Source: Terriglobia bacterium | GTDB lineage: Bacteria; Acidobacteriota; Terriglobia; 2-12-FULL-54-10 | Direction: 5' to 3' | Assembly: GCA_963666975.2 (NCBI GenBank) | Contig: CAXVYR010000004.1 | Span: 608,001 to 672,000, forward strand | DNA: 64,000 nt | Shown: positions 1-10,639 of the stretch, in pieces | Position numbering within the stretch: position 1 is the first letter of the stretch | Layout of the letters: each line of letters opens with the position of its first letter | Notes under the pieces: generated by a model | Databases searched by the model: none | What the model was told of the DNA's origin: nothing | Seen by the model: the letters and a program-made list of their open reading frames with translations, nothing else | Program-made: the position numbers and the translations under genes

Positions 1-4
1 CCAT
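1..4 (-). CDS. rpsM: Probable start of 30S ribosomal protein S13 (only ATG-G is inside the window)
   Basis: Minus strand reads AGGAGG-aaaa-ATGG at the window edge; rpsM normally follows rpmJ. Identity rests on synteny only. Confidence 0.55.
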
Positions 5-98
5 TTTTCCTCCTGGGAACCGCGCCACCGCCTGACTTTGGCCTGCGGACGATCTCCGGTGCTGCCTGTTTGTTTCCCGGCGAAAAGCAAATCCACCT

Positions 99-212
99 TC
101 ATCCCTGGCGTTGTTTGTGCTTCATGTTCACACAGATCACCCGAACCACCCTTTTGCGGCGGATGATCTTGCACTTGTCGCAAATTTTTTTAACCGACGC
201 TCGTACTTTCAT
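99..212 (-). CDS. rpmJ: 50S ribosomal protein L36 (Zn-binding C+ type)
   Basis: Hand translation (below ORF-track cutoff): [37 protein letters not shown]. Confidence 0.97.
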   Translation of the reverse strand: MKVRASVKKICDKCKIIRRKRVVRVICVNMKHKQRQG

Positions 213-296
213 ACCCGGATCCTTCCTGCCTGCCTGGCCGGCGGCATCCGCGCAAAATGCGTTTTCTTTTCCCAGCGCGGCCCGCCGGAGCGGCCC

Positions 297-1046
297 TCAG
301 GGTTTCGTCAGGATCCACGGGCCGTTGCTGGTCACGACGACGCAGTGTTCAAAGTGCGCCGAATAGCTGCCGTCTTCGGTCACGGCAGTCCACTTGTCTT
401 CCAACACTCGCGCTTCCGCTTTTCCCGCGTTCACCATGGGCTCAATCGCCAGCACCATTCCCTCTTGCAAGCGCGGTCCGTGGCCTGGAGTTCCATAGTT
501 GGGCACCTTCGGATCCTCATGGAGACGGCTGCCGATCCCGTGTCCCACAAAATCGCGCACCACCGAGTAGCCGTGAGGCTCCACGTAATGCTGCACCGCA
601 GCCGAAACGTCGCCCAAATGCGCATCCGGCCGGACATGATCGATTGCGGCATACAGAGACTCTTCGGTCACCCGCAGCAGTTTTTCCAATTCCGGCGAAA
701 TGGTTCCCACGGGCACCGTCACGGCCGAATCGCTGTAGTAGCCTTCCGTCTTGACCCCTACGTCGATCTTCACGATGTCCCCTTCTTTCAAAATCCTTTG
801 GGGGGAAGGGATCCCGTGCACGATTTCATTGTTGATGGAGGTGCACAAGATGCAAGGATAGTCATACAGCCCCTTAAAAGCCGCCTCCACCGCACGTTCG
901 GCGAGTTTTTCTTCGGCCAGCTTTTCCAAATCATAGGTGGAAATTCCCGGTGCGACCCGTGCGCGCAACTCATCCAAAAGCTCCCACACGAGCAGTCCTC
1001 CCCGGCGCATCTTTTCCAGCTCCAGCGGTGACTTGCAAATAATCAT
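297..1046 (-). CDS. map: Type I methionine aminopeptidase
   Basis: HGIP, DSAVT, GHGIG..HEDP, IEPM and SAHFEH motifs; follows adk. Confidence 0.97.
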   Translation of the reverse strand: MIICKSPLELEKMRRGGLLVWELLDELRARVAPGISTYDLEKLAEEKLAERAVEAAFKGLYDYPCILCTSINNEIVHGIPSPQRILKEGDIVKIDVGVKTEGYYSDSAVTVPVGTISPELEKLLRVTEESLYAAIDHVRPDAHLGDVSAAVQHYVEPHGYSVVRDFVGHGIGSRLHEDPKVPNYGTPGHGPRLQEGMVLAIEPMVNAGKAEARVLEDKWTAVTEDGSYSAHFEHCVVVTSNGPWILTKP

Positions 1047-1723
1047 GAGGCATTCAAAATGCGATTGATCGCTCCCGTGATCTTCTCCGGGGCTTGGTCC
1101 GCATCGACCTCATAGAACCGGCCTTCGTTTCTGTAAAAAGCGATCAGCGGCGCCGTCTGGGTTTCGTAAGCGGAAAGGCGCTCGCGAATTGTCTCCTCGC
1201 GATCATCCGGCCTCTGCTGCAGGGAGACGCCATCCTCATCGCAAATACCTGGTTGGGCAGGGGATTGCAAACTCAGGTTGTAAATCCGGTTGCACACCGG
1301 GCAGATTCTTCGGCCTGAGAGACGTTCAACCACAGTATTATAGCCCAGGCGCAAATGGATCACAACCGGAGCTCCGAACCCCTTCTGCTTTAGAATTCCC
1401 TGGAGCGCTTCTGCCTGGGCCAATGTTCGGGGATAGCCGTCCAGAAGAAATCCTCTGCCGCAATCGTCCCGGCTGATCCGCTCCTGGACCATCTCGTTCA
1501 CCACGTCATCACCCACCAGTTCCCCCGAATCCATCGTGGCCTTGGCCTTCAATCCCAGAGGCGTTTCCCTCTCCACGTTTTCCCGGAACATATCCCCCGT
1601 AGAGATGTGCGGGATCCCCAACTGTTTTACAATTTCCCTGGCCTGCGTTCCCTTCCCGGCTCCAGGCGGACCCAGAAAAACCAAAGGGCCCGGAGACGGG
1701 TTGGATATCTCCTGCCTTACCAT
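1043..1723 (-). CDS. adk: Adenylate kinase with Zn-binding LID
   Basis: GPPGAGKGTQA P-loop, HISTGDMFR, LDGYPRT, CPVC...CDED lid. Confidence 0.97.
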   Translation of the reverse strand: MVRQEISNPSPGPLVFLGPPGAGKGTQAREIVKQLGIPHISTGDMFRENVERETPLGLKAKATMDSGELVGDDVVNEMVQERISRDDCGRGFLLDGYPRTLAQAEALQGILKQKGFGAPVVIHLRLGYNTVVERLSGRRICPVCNRIYNLSLQSPAQPGICDEDGVSLQQRPDDREETIRERLSAYETQTAPLIAFYRNEGRFYEVDADQAPEKITGAINRILNAS

Positions 1724-1869
1724 GAGATCTCATTTCCCGGAGGCGACAATCCCGGGTGAATCACTCGGGATCGCCCGAAGGTTAGGCGCATCGTGCGCGT
1801 TTTTCCCTAACCAACCACTACCAGCCGATCCGCAGTATTGCCTTCCGGAAAGCCACCCCGAGGCTTCCC

Positions 1870-2313
1870 TCAGGAAGCAATCACCTCTGCCCGCCCTCCG
1901 GCCTTGGTGATCTTTTCCCTGGCCGCCCGGCTGAAAAAATGAGCCGAGACGCTTACCTTGCCTTTCAAATCCCCCTCGCCCAACACCTTGAGACCGGCGT
2001 AGAGCTTCTTGATTATCCCGCGCTGCAACAGAATTTCGGGAGAAATTTCCTTTTCCGCCAAGGGGGCGATCTGCTTCAGATTCACAATGGCAAAACGCTT
2101 CCGGAAAATATTCCGAAACCCCCGCTTGGGCAGCCGCCGCTGCAAGGGCATCTGCCCGCCCTCGAAACCGCGCTTCCTGTGGCTCCCCGAGCGGGAACGC
2201 TGCCCCTTGTGCCCGCGGGCGGAGGTTTTGCCGTGCCCGCTGCCCATACCCCGGCCTACACGCTTGGTGGCGTGTGTTTGTCCGCGCGGCACTGACAACG
2301 AACTCAAATTCAT
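1870..2313 (-). CDS. rplO: 50S ribosomal protein L15
   Basis: GRGMGSGHGKTSARGHKGQ, GFEGGQMPLQRRLPKRGF. Confidence 0.97.
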   Translation of the reverse strand: MNLSSLSVPRGQTHATKRVGRGMGSGHGKTSARGHKGQRSRSGSHRKRGFEGGQMPLQRRLPKRGFRNIFRKRFAIVNLKQIAPLAEKEISPEILLQRGIIKKLYAGLKVLGEGDLKGKVSVSAHFFSRAAREKITKAGGRAEVIAS

Positions 2314-2334
2314 CCGATCCTCCTCGAAAACCCT

Positions 2335-2526
2335 CTACTCCACAATCCGGACCAAGTGGGACACTTTGAGAATCATCCCCCGAATGGAATCGTCGTCGGG
2401 CCTTTCAACCACCTGCTGAAGCTTCCGGAAGCCCAAGCCGCGCAGCACCAGTTTCTGCTTCTTGGGAAATCCGATCCCGCTGCGCACCCATTGGATTCGG
2501 ATTGTTTTCGTTTGCTTTTTGGCCAT
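2335..2526 (-). CDS. rpmD: 50S ribosomal protein L30
   Basis: IRIQWVRSGIG...LGFRKL...IRGMILKVSHLV; synteny. Confidence 0.95.
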   Translation of the reverse strand: MAKKQTKTIRIQWVRSGIGFPKKQKLVLRGLGFRKLQQVVERPDDDSIRGMILKVSHLVRIVE

Positions 2527-2762
2527 CCGGAATCTCCCGCTTCAAGCTCCCACATCAATCTTCGACATCCTGCCCTCGCTGACGCTGCTCACTTTGCCCT
2601 AGCTTGGCCCCTGGTTTAGGACTCTGGTTTAGGACTCGGGCCTGAGCGGCAAGAACACCTGAGCAACCATCCGCATACCATAGGCCCGATACCATAAGCC
2701 CAATGCCATAAGCTCCTGCTTGCCAGCCGACCCGCGCTCACATCCCGTAGGAGAACGCCGGG

Positions 2763-3281
2763 CTAGCGTTCCTGCGCCGGGCGCTCTTGCAACCCGTCCG
2801 GCGAACCGGTGGCCGCCGGCTTGCGCGCACGGAGTTCCGTGAGGCCTACCATGGTGGCTTTGACAACGTTGTGCGGGTTGGTTGTGCCCAGCGACTTCGT
2901 AAAAACGTTCTGAATCCCGGCTGCCTGCAGCACAGCCCGTACGGGGCCGCCGGCTATTACTCCGGTCCCTTCCGGAGCCGGTTTTAAGAGCACGAAACCA
3001 GCGCCGAAGTGACCCACGACTCGATGGGGAATAGTGGCCTTGAATAGATTAATCTTCTTCAGGTTCTTCTTCGCAACCTCGATTCCCTTCCGAATCGCCG
3101 ATGGAACGTCTTTAGCTTTCCCCATCCCAAAACCCACAATCCCCCGTTCCGGGTCGCCGACCACCACCAGCGCGCTAAAACTCATGTTCTTACCACCCTT
3201 GACGACCTTGGTCACCCGGTTGATGGAAACCACTTGGTCCTTCAGTTGGAGGGTGGCCGGGTCAATCCGTTTACTTTCCAA
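2763..3281 (-). CDS. rpsE: 30S ribosomal protein S5
   Basis: [23 protein letters not shown]. Confidence 0.97.
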   Translation of the reverse strand: MESKRIDPATLQLKDQVVSINRVTKVVKGGKNMSFSALVVVGDPERGIVGFGMGKAKDVPSAIRKGIEVAKKNLKKINLFKATIPHRVVGHFGAGFVLLKPAPEGTGVIAGGPVRAVLQAAGIQNVFTKSLGTTNPHNVVKATMVGLTELRARKPAATGSPDGLQERPAQER

Positions 3282-3291
3282 ACTTCCTCCC

Positions 3292-3654
3292 TTAAAACTT
3301 CAGTCCGGCTTCCCGGGCGGCGTCCGCCAGAGCCTTCACGCGGCCATGGTAACGATATCCGGCTCGGTCAAAAGCCACCTGGGTAATTCCTTTTTCGATA
3401 GCCCGTCCGGCGATCAATTTTCCCGCCTCGCAGGCAGCCGCAATGTTTCCGCCGCCTTTCAGCGGAAAACCCTTCTCGGCAGAACTGGCAGCAGCCAAGG
3501 TGCAACCCTTGCTATCGTCGATGACCTGAACATAAACGTGCTGGAGCGAACGGAAGATATTCAAGCGGGGCCGCGCCACCGTCCCACTGATTTTTTTCCG
3601 GATCTTGCGATGAATTTTTTTTCGCGCTTCATTCCGTCGAACTGGCGTGAACAT
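3292..3654 (-). CDS. rplR: 50S ribosomal protein L18
   Basis: [30 protein letters not shown]. Confidence 0.97.
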   Translation of the reverse strand: MFTPVRRNEARKKIHRKIRKKISGTVARPRLNIFRSLQHVYVQVIDDSKGCTLAAASSAEKGFPLKGGGNIAAACEAGKLIAGRAIEKGITQVAFDRAGYRYHGRVKALADAAREAGLKF

Positions 3655-3687
3655 AATCTAAACTCTGCTCCTCAGCAGCCAGGCGGG

Positions 3688-4227
3688 TTATTTCGCGCTA
3701 GCCCCTGTCTTGCCTACCTTCTTGCGCAGCACCTCGCCCGCATACCGAATGCCCTTGTTTTTGTAAGGGTCCGGCTTCCTCAGGGAACGGATATCGGCGG
3801 CGACCTGGCCCACTTTCTGCTTGTCAATGCCGCTCACAGAGAGCCGGGTTTGCTTCTCCACCGAAATCTGAATCCCTTCCGGGATCGGGAATTCAATGGG
3901 GTGAGAGTACCCCAAGGTAAACATTAGCATCTTGTCCTTCAACTCAGCCCGGTAACCGATGCCCACAATCTCCAAATCCTTCTGAAACCCTTTTGTTACT
4001 CCCGTCACGCAGTTGGCCAGCAGGCTGCGGATCAGCCCGTGCTTGGCAGCAAAGGAGTCATTCCGCCGCACCGCGACTAACTGGTTGTCATTTTTCTCCA
4101 CACGGATTCCATCGGGAATGTCCAGCACAAGATTCCCTTTAGGACCCTTCACCTCGACGGCGCTCGCCGCAATGCCCACCTGCACATCGGGCAGCAACGG
4201 AATCGGCTTTCTTCCAATCCGTGACAT
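3688..4227 (-). CDS. rplF: 50S ribosomal protein L6
   Basis: [26 protein letters not shown]. Confidence 0.97.
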   Translation of the reverse strand: MSRIGRKPIPLLPDVQVGIAASAVEVKGPKGNLVLDIPDGIRVEKNDNQLVAVRRNDSFAAKHGLIRSLLANCVTGVTKGFQKDLEIVGIGYRAELKDKMLMFTLGYSHPIEFPIPEGIQISVEKQTRLSVSGIDKQKVGQVAADIRSLRKPDPYKNKGIRYAGEVLRKKVGKTGASAK

Positions 4228-4290
4228 CGAAAACCCCTCGTAAGGATCGGCCTGTGCAGCAGCCGCCGTCCCGCATTCGCGGCAGCGGCG

Positions 4291-4689
4291 CTACCAAACC
4301 TCCAACAAAATCTCGCCGCCCACGCCTGCTTTGCGCGCCCGTTTCCCGGTCATCACACCCTGGGGAGTGGTGAGAATCGAATGACCCAGCCCGCCCAGAA
4401 CGGCGTGGATCTCCGAATGAGCAGCGTAGACTCTCCGTCCGGGGCGTGAAATCCGCACCAGGCTGGAGATCGCCGGCCCCTGGCCGGCGGAGTATTTCAA
4501 ACCAATCCGCAATGTCTTCTTGCGGTTCTCCTCCACCACCTTGTAGCTGGAGAGATAACCTTCCTCTTTCAGAATCCGTGCAACCTCCGCCTTCAAACGA
4601 GAGGAAGGCATTCCCACCCTCTGGTGGCGGCTTCGGATCGCGTTGCGGATCCGGGTCAGCATGTCTGCAATTGGGTCCGTAGTATTCAT
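4291..4689 (-). CDS. rpsH: 30S ribosomal protein S8
   Basis: [27 protein letters not shown]. Confidence 0.97.
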   Translation of the reverse strand: MNTTDPIADMLTRIRNAIRSRHQRVGMPSSRLKAEVARILKEEGYLSSYKVVEENRKKTLRIGLKYSAGQGPAISSLVRISRPGRRVYAAHSEIHAVLGGLGHSILTTPQGVMTGKRARKAGVGGEILLEVW

Positions 4690-4727
4690 AAATGCTCTCG
4701 CCTGTGCCGGCTATTCCCTGGCAGAGA

Positions 4728-4913
4728 TCACCAACTCGACTTGCGGACGCCCGGTATCTCGCCCAGCAGCGCCAGCGACCGAAAACACAACCGGCACATT
4801 CCAAATTTCCGCAAAAAGGCGCGCGACCGTCCGCACAGCTGGCAGCGGTTGTGCTGGCGAACCGCAAACTTCGGCTTCTTGCGGGCCTTCGCTATGTGAC
4901 ATGTTCGTGCCAT
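4728..4913 (-). CDS. rpsN: 30S ribosomal protein S14, short Zn-binding (type Z) form
   Basis: 61 aa with RCQLCGR...CRLCFR. Confidence 0.96.
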   Translation of the reverse strand: MARTCHIAKARKKPKFAVRQHNRCQLCGRSRAFLRKFGMCRLCFRSLALLGEIPGVRKSSW

Positions 4914-4945
4914 CGCTTCTTTTTTCTCCCGCCGCCGTCCCGGCT

Positions 4946-5485
4946 TTAAGACCGGAACGGAACCCCGAGATGGCGCAGCAGCGACCGCGCCTCCTCGTCG
5001 GATTTCGCGCCCGTCACGAGCGTAATGTTCATTCCCCGAATCTTGTCCACCTTGGAGTAATCGATTTCCGGGAAGATCAACTGATCCCGGATTCCAATGG
5101 TGTAATTTCCCCGCCCGTCAAACGCCTTGGTGGGAAGACCCCGGAAGTCCCTTACACGAGGCAGCACAATATTGAGCAGGCGGTCCAGGAACTCATACAT
5201 CCGACGGCCCCGCAACGTGACCGAGCAACCGATAGGCACGCCCTCCCGCAGCTTGAAGGCTGCAATCGCCTTCCGGGCCCGGTTCACAATCGGTTTCTGC
5301 CCGGTAATGCGGGTCAAATCCTGCGTGGCCCCGTCAAGCAGCTTGACGTTCTGCGTCGCTTCGCCCACGCCTATGTTCACCACAACCTTTCGCAGTTGCG
5401 GGATGGCCATCGGGTTGGAGTATACGAACTCCTTTTGCATGGCGGGTGCAATTTCTTTCCGGTATCTTTCGAGCAGTCGGCTCAT
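4946..5485 (-). CDS. rplE: 50S ribosomal protein L5
   Basis: [22 protein letters not shown]. Confidence 0.97.
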   Translation of the reverse strand: MSRLLERYRKEIAPAMQKEFVYSNPMAIPQLRKVVVNIGVGEATQNVKLLDGATQDLTRITGQKPIVNRARKAIAAFKLREGVPIGCSVTLRGRRMYEFLDRLLNIVLPRVRDFRGLPTKAFDGRGNYTIGIRDQLIFPEIDYSKVDKIRGMNITLVTGAKSDEEARSLLRHLGVPFRS

Positions 5486-5526
5486 GGAATTTCCTTAGCT
5501 TGCTCCTCTATGCTGCCCGCTCCCCA

Positions 5527-5844
5527 TCATGGGTCCAGCGTATTGCCGCATTTCCGGCAGGTCCGAATCTTCTTCCCGTCCGGCAATTTCTGCAAGCGGA
5601 CGCGGATGGGGCCGCAAGAGGGGCAAAGCAGCATTACATTGGAGCGATGGACCGGCGTTTCCCGCTCCACGATGCCTCCCTTGACGTTCTTCTGCGGATT
5701 CGGACGCGTGTGACGCTTCACCACTTGAACGTGCTCCACCAGAACCCGGTTGCGGGCCAGGTCCAGGCCCAGCACCCTGCCCGTCTTGCCGCTGTCCCGC
5801 CCGGAAATCACTTTCACTTGATCGTTTTTCTTGATCAGCAACAT
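5527..5844 (-). CDS. rplX: 50S ribosomal protein L24
   Basis: KOW motif DQVKVISGRDSGKTG; C-terminal CPSC/CRKC. Confidence 0.96.
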   Translation of the reverse strand: MLLIKKNDQVKVISGRDSGKTGRVLGLDLARNRVLVEHVQVVKRHTRPNPQKNVKGGIVERETPVHRSNVMLLCPSCGPIRVRLQKLPDGKKIRTCRKCGNTLDP

Positions 5845-5850
5845 GGCAAA

Positions 5851-6219
5851 TCACAATACCTCGGGGGCCAAGGACACAATCTTCAAATATTTTTTTTCCC
5901 GGAGCTCGCGAGCGACCGGGCCGAACACGCGCGTGCCGACCGGCTCGCCCGCCTCGTTGATCAGCACCGCCGCGTTCTGATCGAAGCGGATATAGGTGCC
6001 GTCCCGCCGCCGGTGCTCTTTCCGGGTGCGGACCACCACCGCCTTCACCACCGACCCCTTCTTGACGTTGCTGTTCGGGATCGCCTCCTTGACCGCGGCC
6101 GTAATGACATCTCCCAGCCCGGCGCGGCTGCCCACCGACCCGCCCAGCGGGAGAATGCAGGATATCCGGCGCGCCCCGGAATTATCTGCGACCTCCAGCA
6201 TTGTCCTCATCCCGATCAA
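5851..6219 (-). CDS. rplN: 50S ribosomal protein L14
   Basis: [27 protein letters not shown]; TTG start. Confidence 0.97.
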   Translation of the reverse strand: MIGMRTMLEVADNSGARRISCILPLGGSVGSRAGLGDVITAAVKEAIPNSNVKKGSVVKAVVVRTRKEHRRRDGTYIRFDQNAAVLINEAGEPVGTRVFGPVARELREKKYLKIVSLAPEVL

Positions 6220-6326
6220 GTTAAATTCTCCTTAACCCTGCTTCTTTCTTGCTTCCTTATATCCATATATCCATCGCTTCCCCAGCCTCAGCTTTCCGGC
6301 CCGCTTGGAACCGGCGCAAAACAGGG

Positions 6327-6650
6327 TTATTGGACCGGCAGTTCCGGCTTTTCCCCGCCTTCGCTCTCGGAGAGCCCCACCTGAGGCACCCGGTAGAGAA
6401 TCTCCCGGAGACGCCACCGCTTCAAGCTGCTCAAGGGACGCGTTTCCACGATGCGGACGCGGTCGCCCAGGCGGCATTGGTTCGTCTCATCATGCGCATG
6501 GAATTTCTTGCTCCGGTTGACATACCGCCGGTACAACGGGTGCTGCACGCGCCGCGTGACCTTTACCACAATCGTCTTGTTTCCGGCGCAACTCACCACC
6601 CGGCCGACCTTGATGCTTCTGTGCCTGGACTGAACGGGCTTATCCGCCAT
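6327..6650 (-). CDS. rpsQ: 30S ribosomal protein S17
   Basis: HPLY...HDE...[13 protein letters not shown]. Confidence 0.96.
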   Translation of the reverse strand: MADKPVQSRHRSIKVGRVVSCAGNKTIVVKVTRRVQHPLYRRYVNRSKKFHAHDETNQCRLGDRVRIVETRPLSSLKRWRLREILYRVPQVGLSESEGGEKPELPVQ

Positions 6651-6846
6651 GGGCTTGCTTCAACTCCCTTTCCCGAAGAACGGTTTTCACCCGTGCGTTG
6701 TCCTTTCGCAAGGAACGCAATTTCTTGAGCCCCTCGGTCTGGCCTGTAGCGGCCTGGAAACGCAGCCTCCAAATCTGGCCTTCCAGGTCTTGCACGCGGG
6801 CTTCCAACTCAGCTTCGGTCAACTCCCGAATTTGATCCGCTTTCAT
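6640..6846 (-). CDS. rpmC: 50S ribosomal protein L29
   Basis: LRFQAATGQ...ARVKTVLRE; synteny. Confidence 0.95.
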   Translation of the reverse strand: MKADQIRELTEAELEARVQDLEGQIWRLRFQAATGQTEGLKKLRSLRKDNARVKTVLRERELKQAHGG

Positions 6847-6851
6847 GGCGC

Positions 6852-7265
6852 TCAGGCTCCCAACCGGCTTACAAATTTCGTTTTCACCGGAAGCTTGTGA
6901 CTGGCCAGTTTGATTGCTTCCTGGGCTACCTCCATGGCAACCCCCTCCATCTCAAAGAGGATCTTGCCCGGCCTCACCACCGCCACCCAATGCTCGGGGG
7001 CTCCTTTGCCTTTTCCCATCCTCGTCTCGGCCGGTTTTCGGGTAATCGGCTTGTCCGGAAACAGCCGAATCCAGATTTTTCCGCCCCGCTTGATCGCGCG
7101 GGTCATGGCCACGCGGCTGGCCTCAATTTGGCGGTCGGTAATCCAGGCTGCTTCCAGCACCTTCAAGCCGAAGTCGCCAAACTTCAGGTCTCCGCCCCGC
7201 CAGGCCTTCCCCCGGCGGCGGCCCCGCTGCTGCTTCCGGTGTTTCACTTTCTTGGGCATCAACAT
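6852..7265 (-). CDS. rplP: 50S ribosomal protein L16
   Basis: [18 protein letters not shown]. Confidence 0.97.
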   Translation of the reverse strand: MLMPKKVKHRKQQRGRRRGKAWRGGDLKFGDFGLKVLEAAWITDRQIEASRVAMTRAIKRGGKIWIRLFPDKPITRKPAETRMGKGKGAPEHWVAVVRPGKILFEMEGVAMEVAQEAIKLASHKLPVKTKFVSRLGA

Positions 7266-7291
7266 AGGCTGTCTCTATTCCTGCCGGGCTC

Positions 7292-7954
7292 CTACGCGGG
7301 CGGGAGGTGCGGCTCCTGCCGCTTCTTGGCATCCAGAATATCCCCTTTATAGATCCACACCTTTACGCCGATGATTCCGTAGGTGGTGTGCGCCTCCGCC
7401 AGTCCGTAATCAATGTCAGCTCGCAGCGTTGACAGCGGCAAGCGGCCCTGCAAGTTCCATTCCGTGCGGGCGATCTCCGCCCCATTCAGCCTCCCGGCAA
7501 CCCGCACCTTGATTCCCTTGCAGCCAAAGCGCTGCGCCGAGTCCACGGCTTTGCGGACGGCGCGGCGGAAGGCGATCCGCTTTTCCAGTTGCATGGCGAT
7601 GGATTCGGCCACCAACTGCGAGTCCAATTCCGGCTTGTGAACTTCCTGCACATCCAGGAAGACCTCCCGGTTGGTCCCTTTCTGCAAGTCGGCTTTTAGC
7701 TTGTCGATCTCAGCGCCCTTGCGTCCGATAACGATCCCGGGGCGCGCCGTGCGGATGCTGATTCGCAACTTGTTCGCCATCCGGTCGATTTCGATGCTGG
7801 AAATACCCGCCGCCCGCAGCCGGGTCTTCAATTCCTTCTTGAGCCGCAAGTCCTCGAGCAACAGCTCGCTGTAATCCCGCTTGGCAAACCACCGGGACTT
7901 CCATGGCTTGGTGTACCCCAGCCGAAAACCGTACGGATGAACTTTTTGCCCCAT
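7292..7954 (-). CDS. rpsC: 30S ribosomal protein S3
   Basis: [23 protein letters not shown]. Confidence 0.97.
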   Translation of the reverse strand: MGQKVHPYGFRLGYTKPWKSRWFAKRDYSELLLEDLRLKKELKTRLRAAGISSIEIDRMANKLRISIRTARPGIVIGRKGAEIDKLKADLQKGTNREVFLDVQEVHKPELDSQLVAESIAMQLEKRIAFRRAVRKAVDSAQRFGCKGIKVRVAGRLNGAEIARTEWNLQGRLPLSTLRADIDYGLAEAHTTYGIIGVKVWIYKGDILDAKKRQEPHLPPA

Positions 7955-7978
7955 ATTCGGTGCTCCCTCCGCCGCTGC

Positions 7979-8344
7979 TTACCCTGTGGAGAGTGTCTCC
8001 TCCGTTCCCTTTTTCTCAGCAACGCGGACTATGATATGGCTCGTCCGCCGCTGGTACCGATGAGCGCGTCCCATGGGAGCCGGGCGGATTCGCTTGGCGC
8101 GCGGTCCTTCGTTGACGTAGGTCGCCGAGACGTACAGATTATCCACGTCCACCGTCTCCGATTTCCCCTCGGCGTTGGCGATGGCCGAGCGCAACACCTT
8201 GCCCACCTCATGCGCCACCCGTTTTTTGGTGAACCGCAAGAGGCTCATCGCCTCCCCGGCATCCTTGCCCCGAATCAGGTCCACCACGAGGCGGACTTTT
8301 TGCGGAGAAACCCGAATGTATTTTGCCTCTGCTCTGGCTTCCAT
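7979..8344 (-). CDS. rplV: 50S ribosomal protein L22
   Basis: RVSPQKVRLV, RPAPMGRA, RTSHI. Confidence 0.97.
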   Translation of the reverse strand: MEARAEAKYIRVSPQKVRLVVDLIRGKDAGEAMSLLRFTKKRVAHEVGKVLRSAIANAEGKSETVDVDNLYVSATYVNEGPRAKRIRPAPMGRAHRYQRRTSHIIVRVAEKKGTEETLSTG

Positions 8345-8367
8345 CCCAAAATCCTACTTCCTTCGGT

Positions 8368-8673
8368 TTAAGCGGGAGGCACACTGGCTGGCGCGGCGCT
8401 CCTCTCAACCGCAGCCTTCACCGAATGGCCTCGGTAGGTCCGTGTGGGAGAAAACTCTCCAAACTTGTGGCCTACCATGTTTTCTGTAACATAGACGGGG
8501 ATAAATTTCTTCCCGTTGTGAACCGCGACGGTGTGCCCCACCATCTCCGGCGTAACCGTGGAGCGCCGGGACCATGTGCGCACTACCTTCTTTTCATTCC
8601 TTCGGTTCAGCAACTCGATCTTCTTCAGCAAGTGATCGTCGACGAAAACGCCTTTTTTGATCGACCGTGCCAT
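8368..8673 (-). CDS. rpsS: 30S ribosomal protein S19
   Basis: [19 protein letters not shown]. Confidence 0.97.
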   Translation of the reverse strand: MARSIKKGVFVDDHLLKKIELLNRRNEKKVVRTWSRRSTVTPEMVGHTVAVHNGKKFIPVYVTENMVGHKFGEFSPTRTYRGHSVKAAVERSAAPASVPPA

Positions 8674-8735
8674 TCAAGCTCCTTTTAACCCTTGCCGGAA
8701 TTCCCCAATCCATGCATAACGATATCCTGCGCCCC

Positions 8736-9572
8736 CTACTTCGACTTCCTCGACTTCCGCCGGGACACAATGTAGCGGTCTGTCCTTTTGTTGTTGCGGG
8801 TCCTGTAACCGCGGGTCGGCTTGCCCCAGGGGGTCACCGGATTCCTCCCTCCGGAGGTCTTCCCTTCCCCTCCCCCGTGGGGATGATCCACCGGATTCAT
8901 GACCACCCCCCGAACGGTGGGCCGCCTCCCCAGCCATCGGGCCTTGCCAGCCTTGCCGTAGGTTACATTTTCATGGTCCACATTGCCTACCTGGCCGATG
9001 GTCGCCATGCACGCCACCGGCACCTTGCGAATTTCTCCCGAGGGAAGTTTCACCAAGGCCGTATCTCCCTCCTTGGAGACCAACTGCGCGGAACCTCCCG
9101 CGCTGCGAACCATCTGCGCTCCCTTGCCGGGCTTCAACTCCACATTGTGGATCGCCGTGCCTTCCGGAATGTTCCGGAGCGGCAAAGCGTTTCCAACCAG
9201 GATGTCCGCCTCCGGGCCGGAGACAATCGTACTGCCCACCGTCAGCCCGACCGGCTGCAAAATGTAACGCTTCTCGCCGTCCCGGTAATGGAGCAAGGCA
9301 ATACGGGCCGAGCGGTTCGGGTCATATTCCACCGAGGCCACGCGCGCCGGAATTCCCTTTTTATCCCGCAAGAAATCGATCAGCCGGTACTTGCGCTTGT
9401 GCCCCCCGCCCCGGTGCCAGACCGAAAGACGCCCCAGAGAGTTCCGCCCTCCGCGCCGCCTCTTCGGCTGCAGCAATGACTTCAAGGGCTTCTCGGCGGT
9501 GATCTCATCCCGCGAAACCGTGGTCTGAAACCGCCTTGTCGGCGTCGTAGGCCGGTAGGTCTTAATGGCCAT
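8736..9572 (-). CDS. rplB: 50S ribosomal protein L2
   Basis: [25 protein letters not shown]; start set at MAIKTY. Confidence 0.97.
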   Translation of the reverse strand: MAIKTYRPTTPTRRFQTTVSRDEITAEKPLKSLLQPKRRRGGRNSLGRLSVWHRGGGHKRKYRLIDFLRDKKGIPARVASVEYDPNRSARIALLHYRDGEKRYILQPVGLTVGSTIVSGPEADILVGNALPLRNIPEGTAIHNVELKPGKGAQMVRSAGGSAQLVSKEGDTALVKLPSGEIRKVPVACMATIGQVGNVDHENVTYGKAGKARWLGRRPTVRGVVMNPVDHPHGGGEGKTSGGRNPVTPWGKPTRGYRTRNNKRTDRYIVSRRKSRKSK

Positions 9573-9682
9573 TCTCAATCCACCTTATCCACATCCCCAA
9601 AACCTGATTCCCCAAACCCGATCCCGAAAACCTTATTCCGAAAGCCTTCTGGGGACGGGCGTTCCTTAAGCTCTTCAACTCT

Positions 9683-9973
9683 TCAACTCTTCTCCGCGTA
9701 CTCAATCATCTTCTCGCCGGACCGGAGTTTGACGTAGGCCTTCTTCCAATCGCTGCGAAAACCTATGCTGCGCCCGCGACGCCTCTGCTTGCCCTCAAAA
9801 TTGGCCGTCCGAACCGACTCCACCTTTACCTGGAAGAGCCGCTGAACCGCTTCCTTGACCTCCGTCTTGGTGGCGGCGGGATGCACCTCAAAGCAAAGCG
9901 TGCGGCGCTCATCTTTGGCCATCAGGCCCTTCTCGGTAATGATGGGACGCCGAATTACCTGGTACTGGTTCAT
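9683..9973 (-). CDS. rplW: 50S ribosomal protein L23
   Basis: RPIITEK, WKKAYV; ATG at 9973 overlaps the rplD stop. Confidence 0.96.
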   Translation of the reverse strand: MNQYQVIRRPIITEKGLMAKDERRTLCFEVHPAATKTEVKEAVQRLFQVKVESVRTANFEGKQRRRGRSIGFRSDWKKAYVKLRSGEKMIEYAEKS

Positions 9974-10596
9974 GGGGCCAAAGCCTTCTGCAATCGCTCC
10001 AGAGCCGGACGCGAAATCAACAGTTGCCGGCACCGCAGCAGATGATAGGGATGCAAAGACGTTCCGTTCAGCAACTCCACCTCTGTCAGGTTCCGGCTGG
10101 AGAGTTCCAGATTCCGGTTGCCGGGATCGTCCACAAGCAGCACGGAACGCTCGGCATGAAAACGGTCCAGGACCTGCTGCAGATCTTTCGTCTTGTGGCT
10201 TTCCAGCTTGAACTCGTCGATCACCGTCAGTTGCTCCTCAGCCAGCTTCGCCGACAGGGCGGAGCGCAAGGCTCCGAGCAGCATCTTGCGCGGCAGCCGG
10301 TAGGAATACGAGCGCGGCTGCGGACCGTGGGTCGTGCCGCCCGATCTCCACAAGGGAGAACGGATACTGCCCACGCGAGCCCGGCCGGTTCCCTTCTGCT
10401 TCCATAACTTCCTCCCGCTGCCACGAACCTGGGCGCGGGTTTTGGTGGCGTGGGTTCCTGCCCGGCGGCTTGCCTGGAAATGCCGCACGGCTTCATAGAG
10501 CAGGTTCTTATTTATTTTGACCGCAAACACTTCTTCGGCCAAGTCTATTTCTCCGACTTTCCGATTCGCCAGGTTTTTTACTTCCACGCTCGGCAT
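9970..10596 (-). CDS. rplD: 50S ribosomal protein L4
   Basis: QKGTGRARVGSIRSP. Confidence 0.97.
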   Translation of the reverse strand: MPSVEVKNLANRKVGEIDLAEEVFAVKINKNLLYEAVRHFQASRRAGTHATKTRAQVRGSGRKLWKQKGTGRARVGSIRSPLWRSGGTTHGPQPRSYSYRLPRKMLLGALRSALSAKLAEEQLTVIDEFKLESHKTKDLQQVLDRFHAERSVLLVDDPGNRNLELSSRNLTEVELLNGTSLHPYHLLRCRQLLISRPALERLQKALAP

Positions 10597-10639
10597 CTTT
10601 CACCTATGCAGTTCCCGTACCTATACAGTTTCCGCAAAA

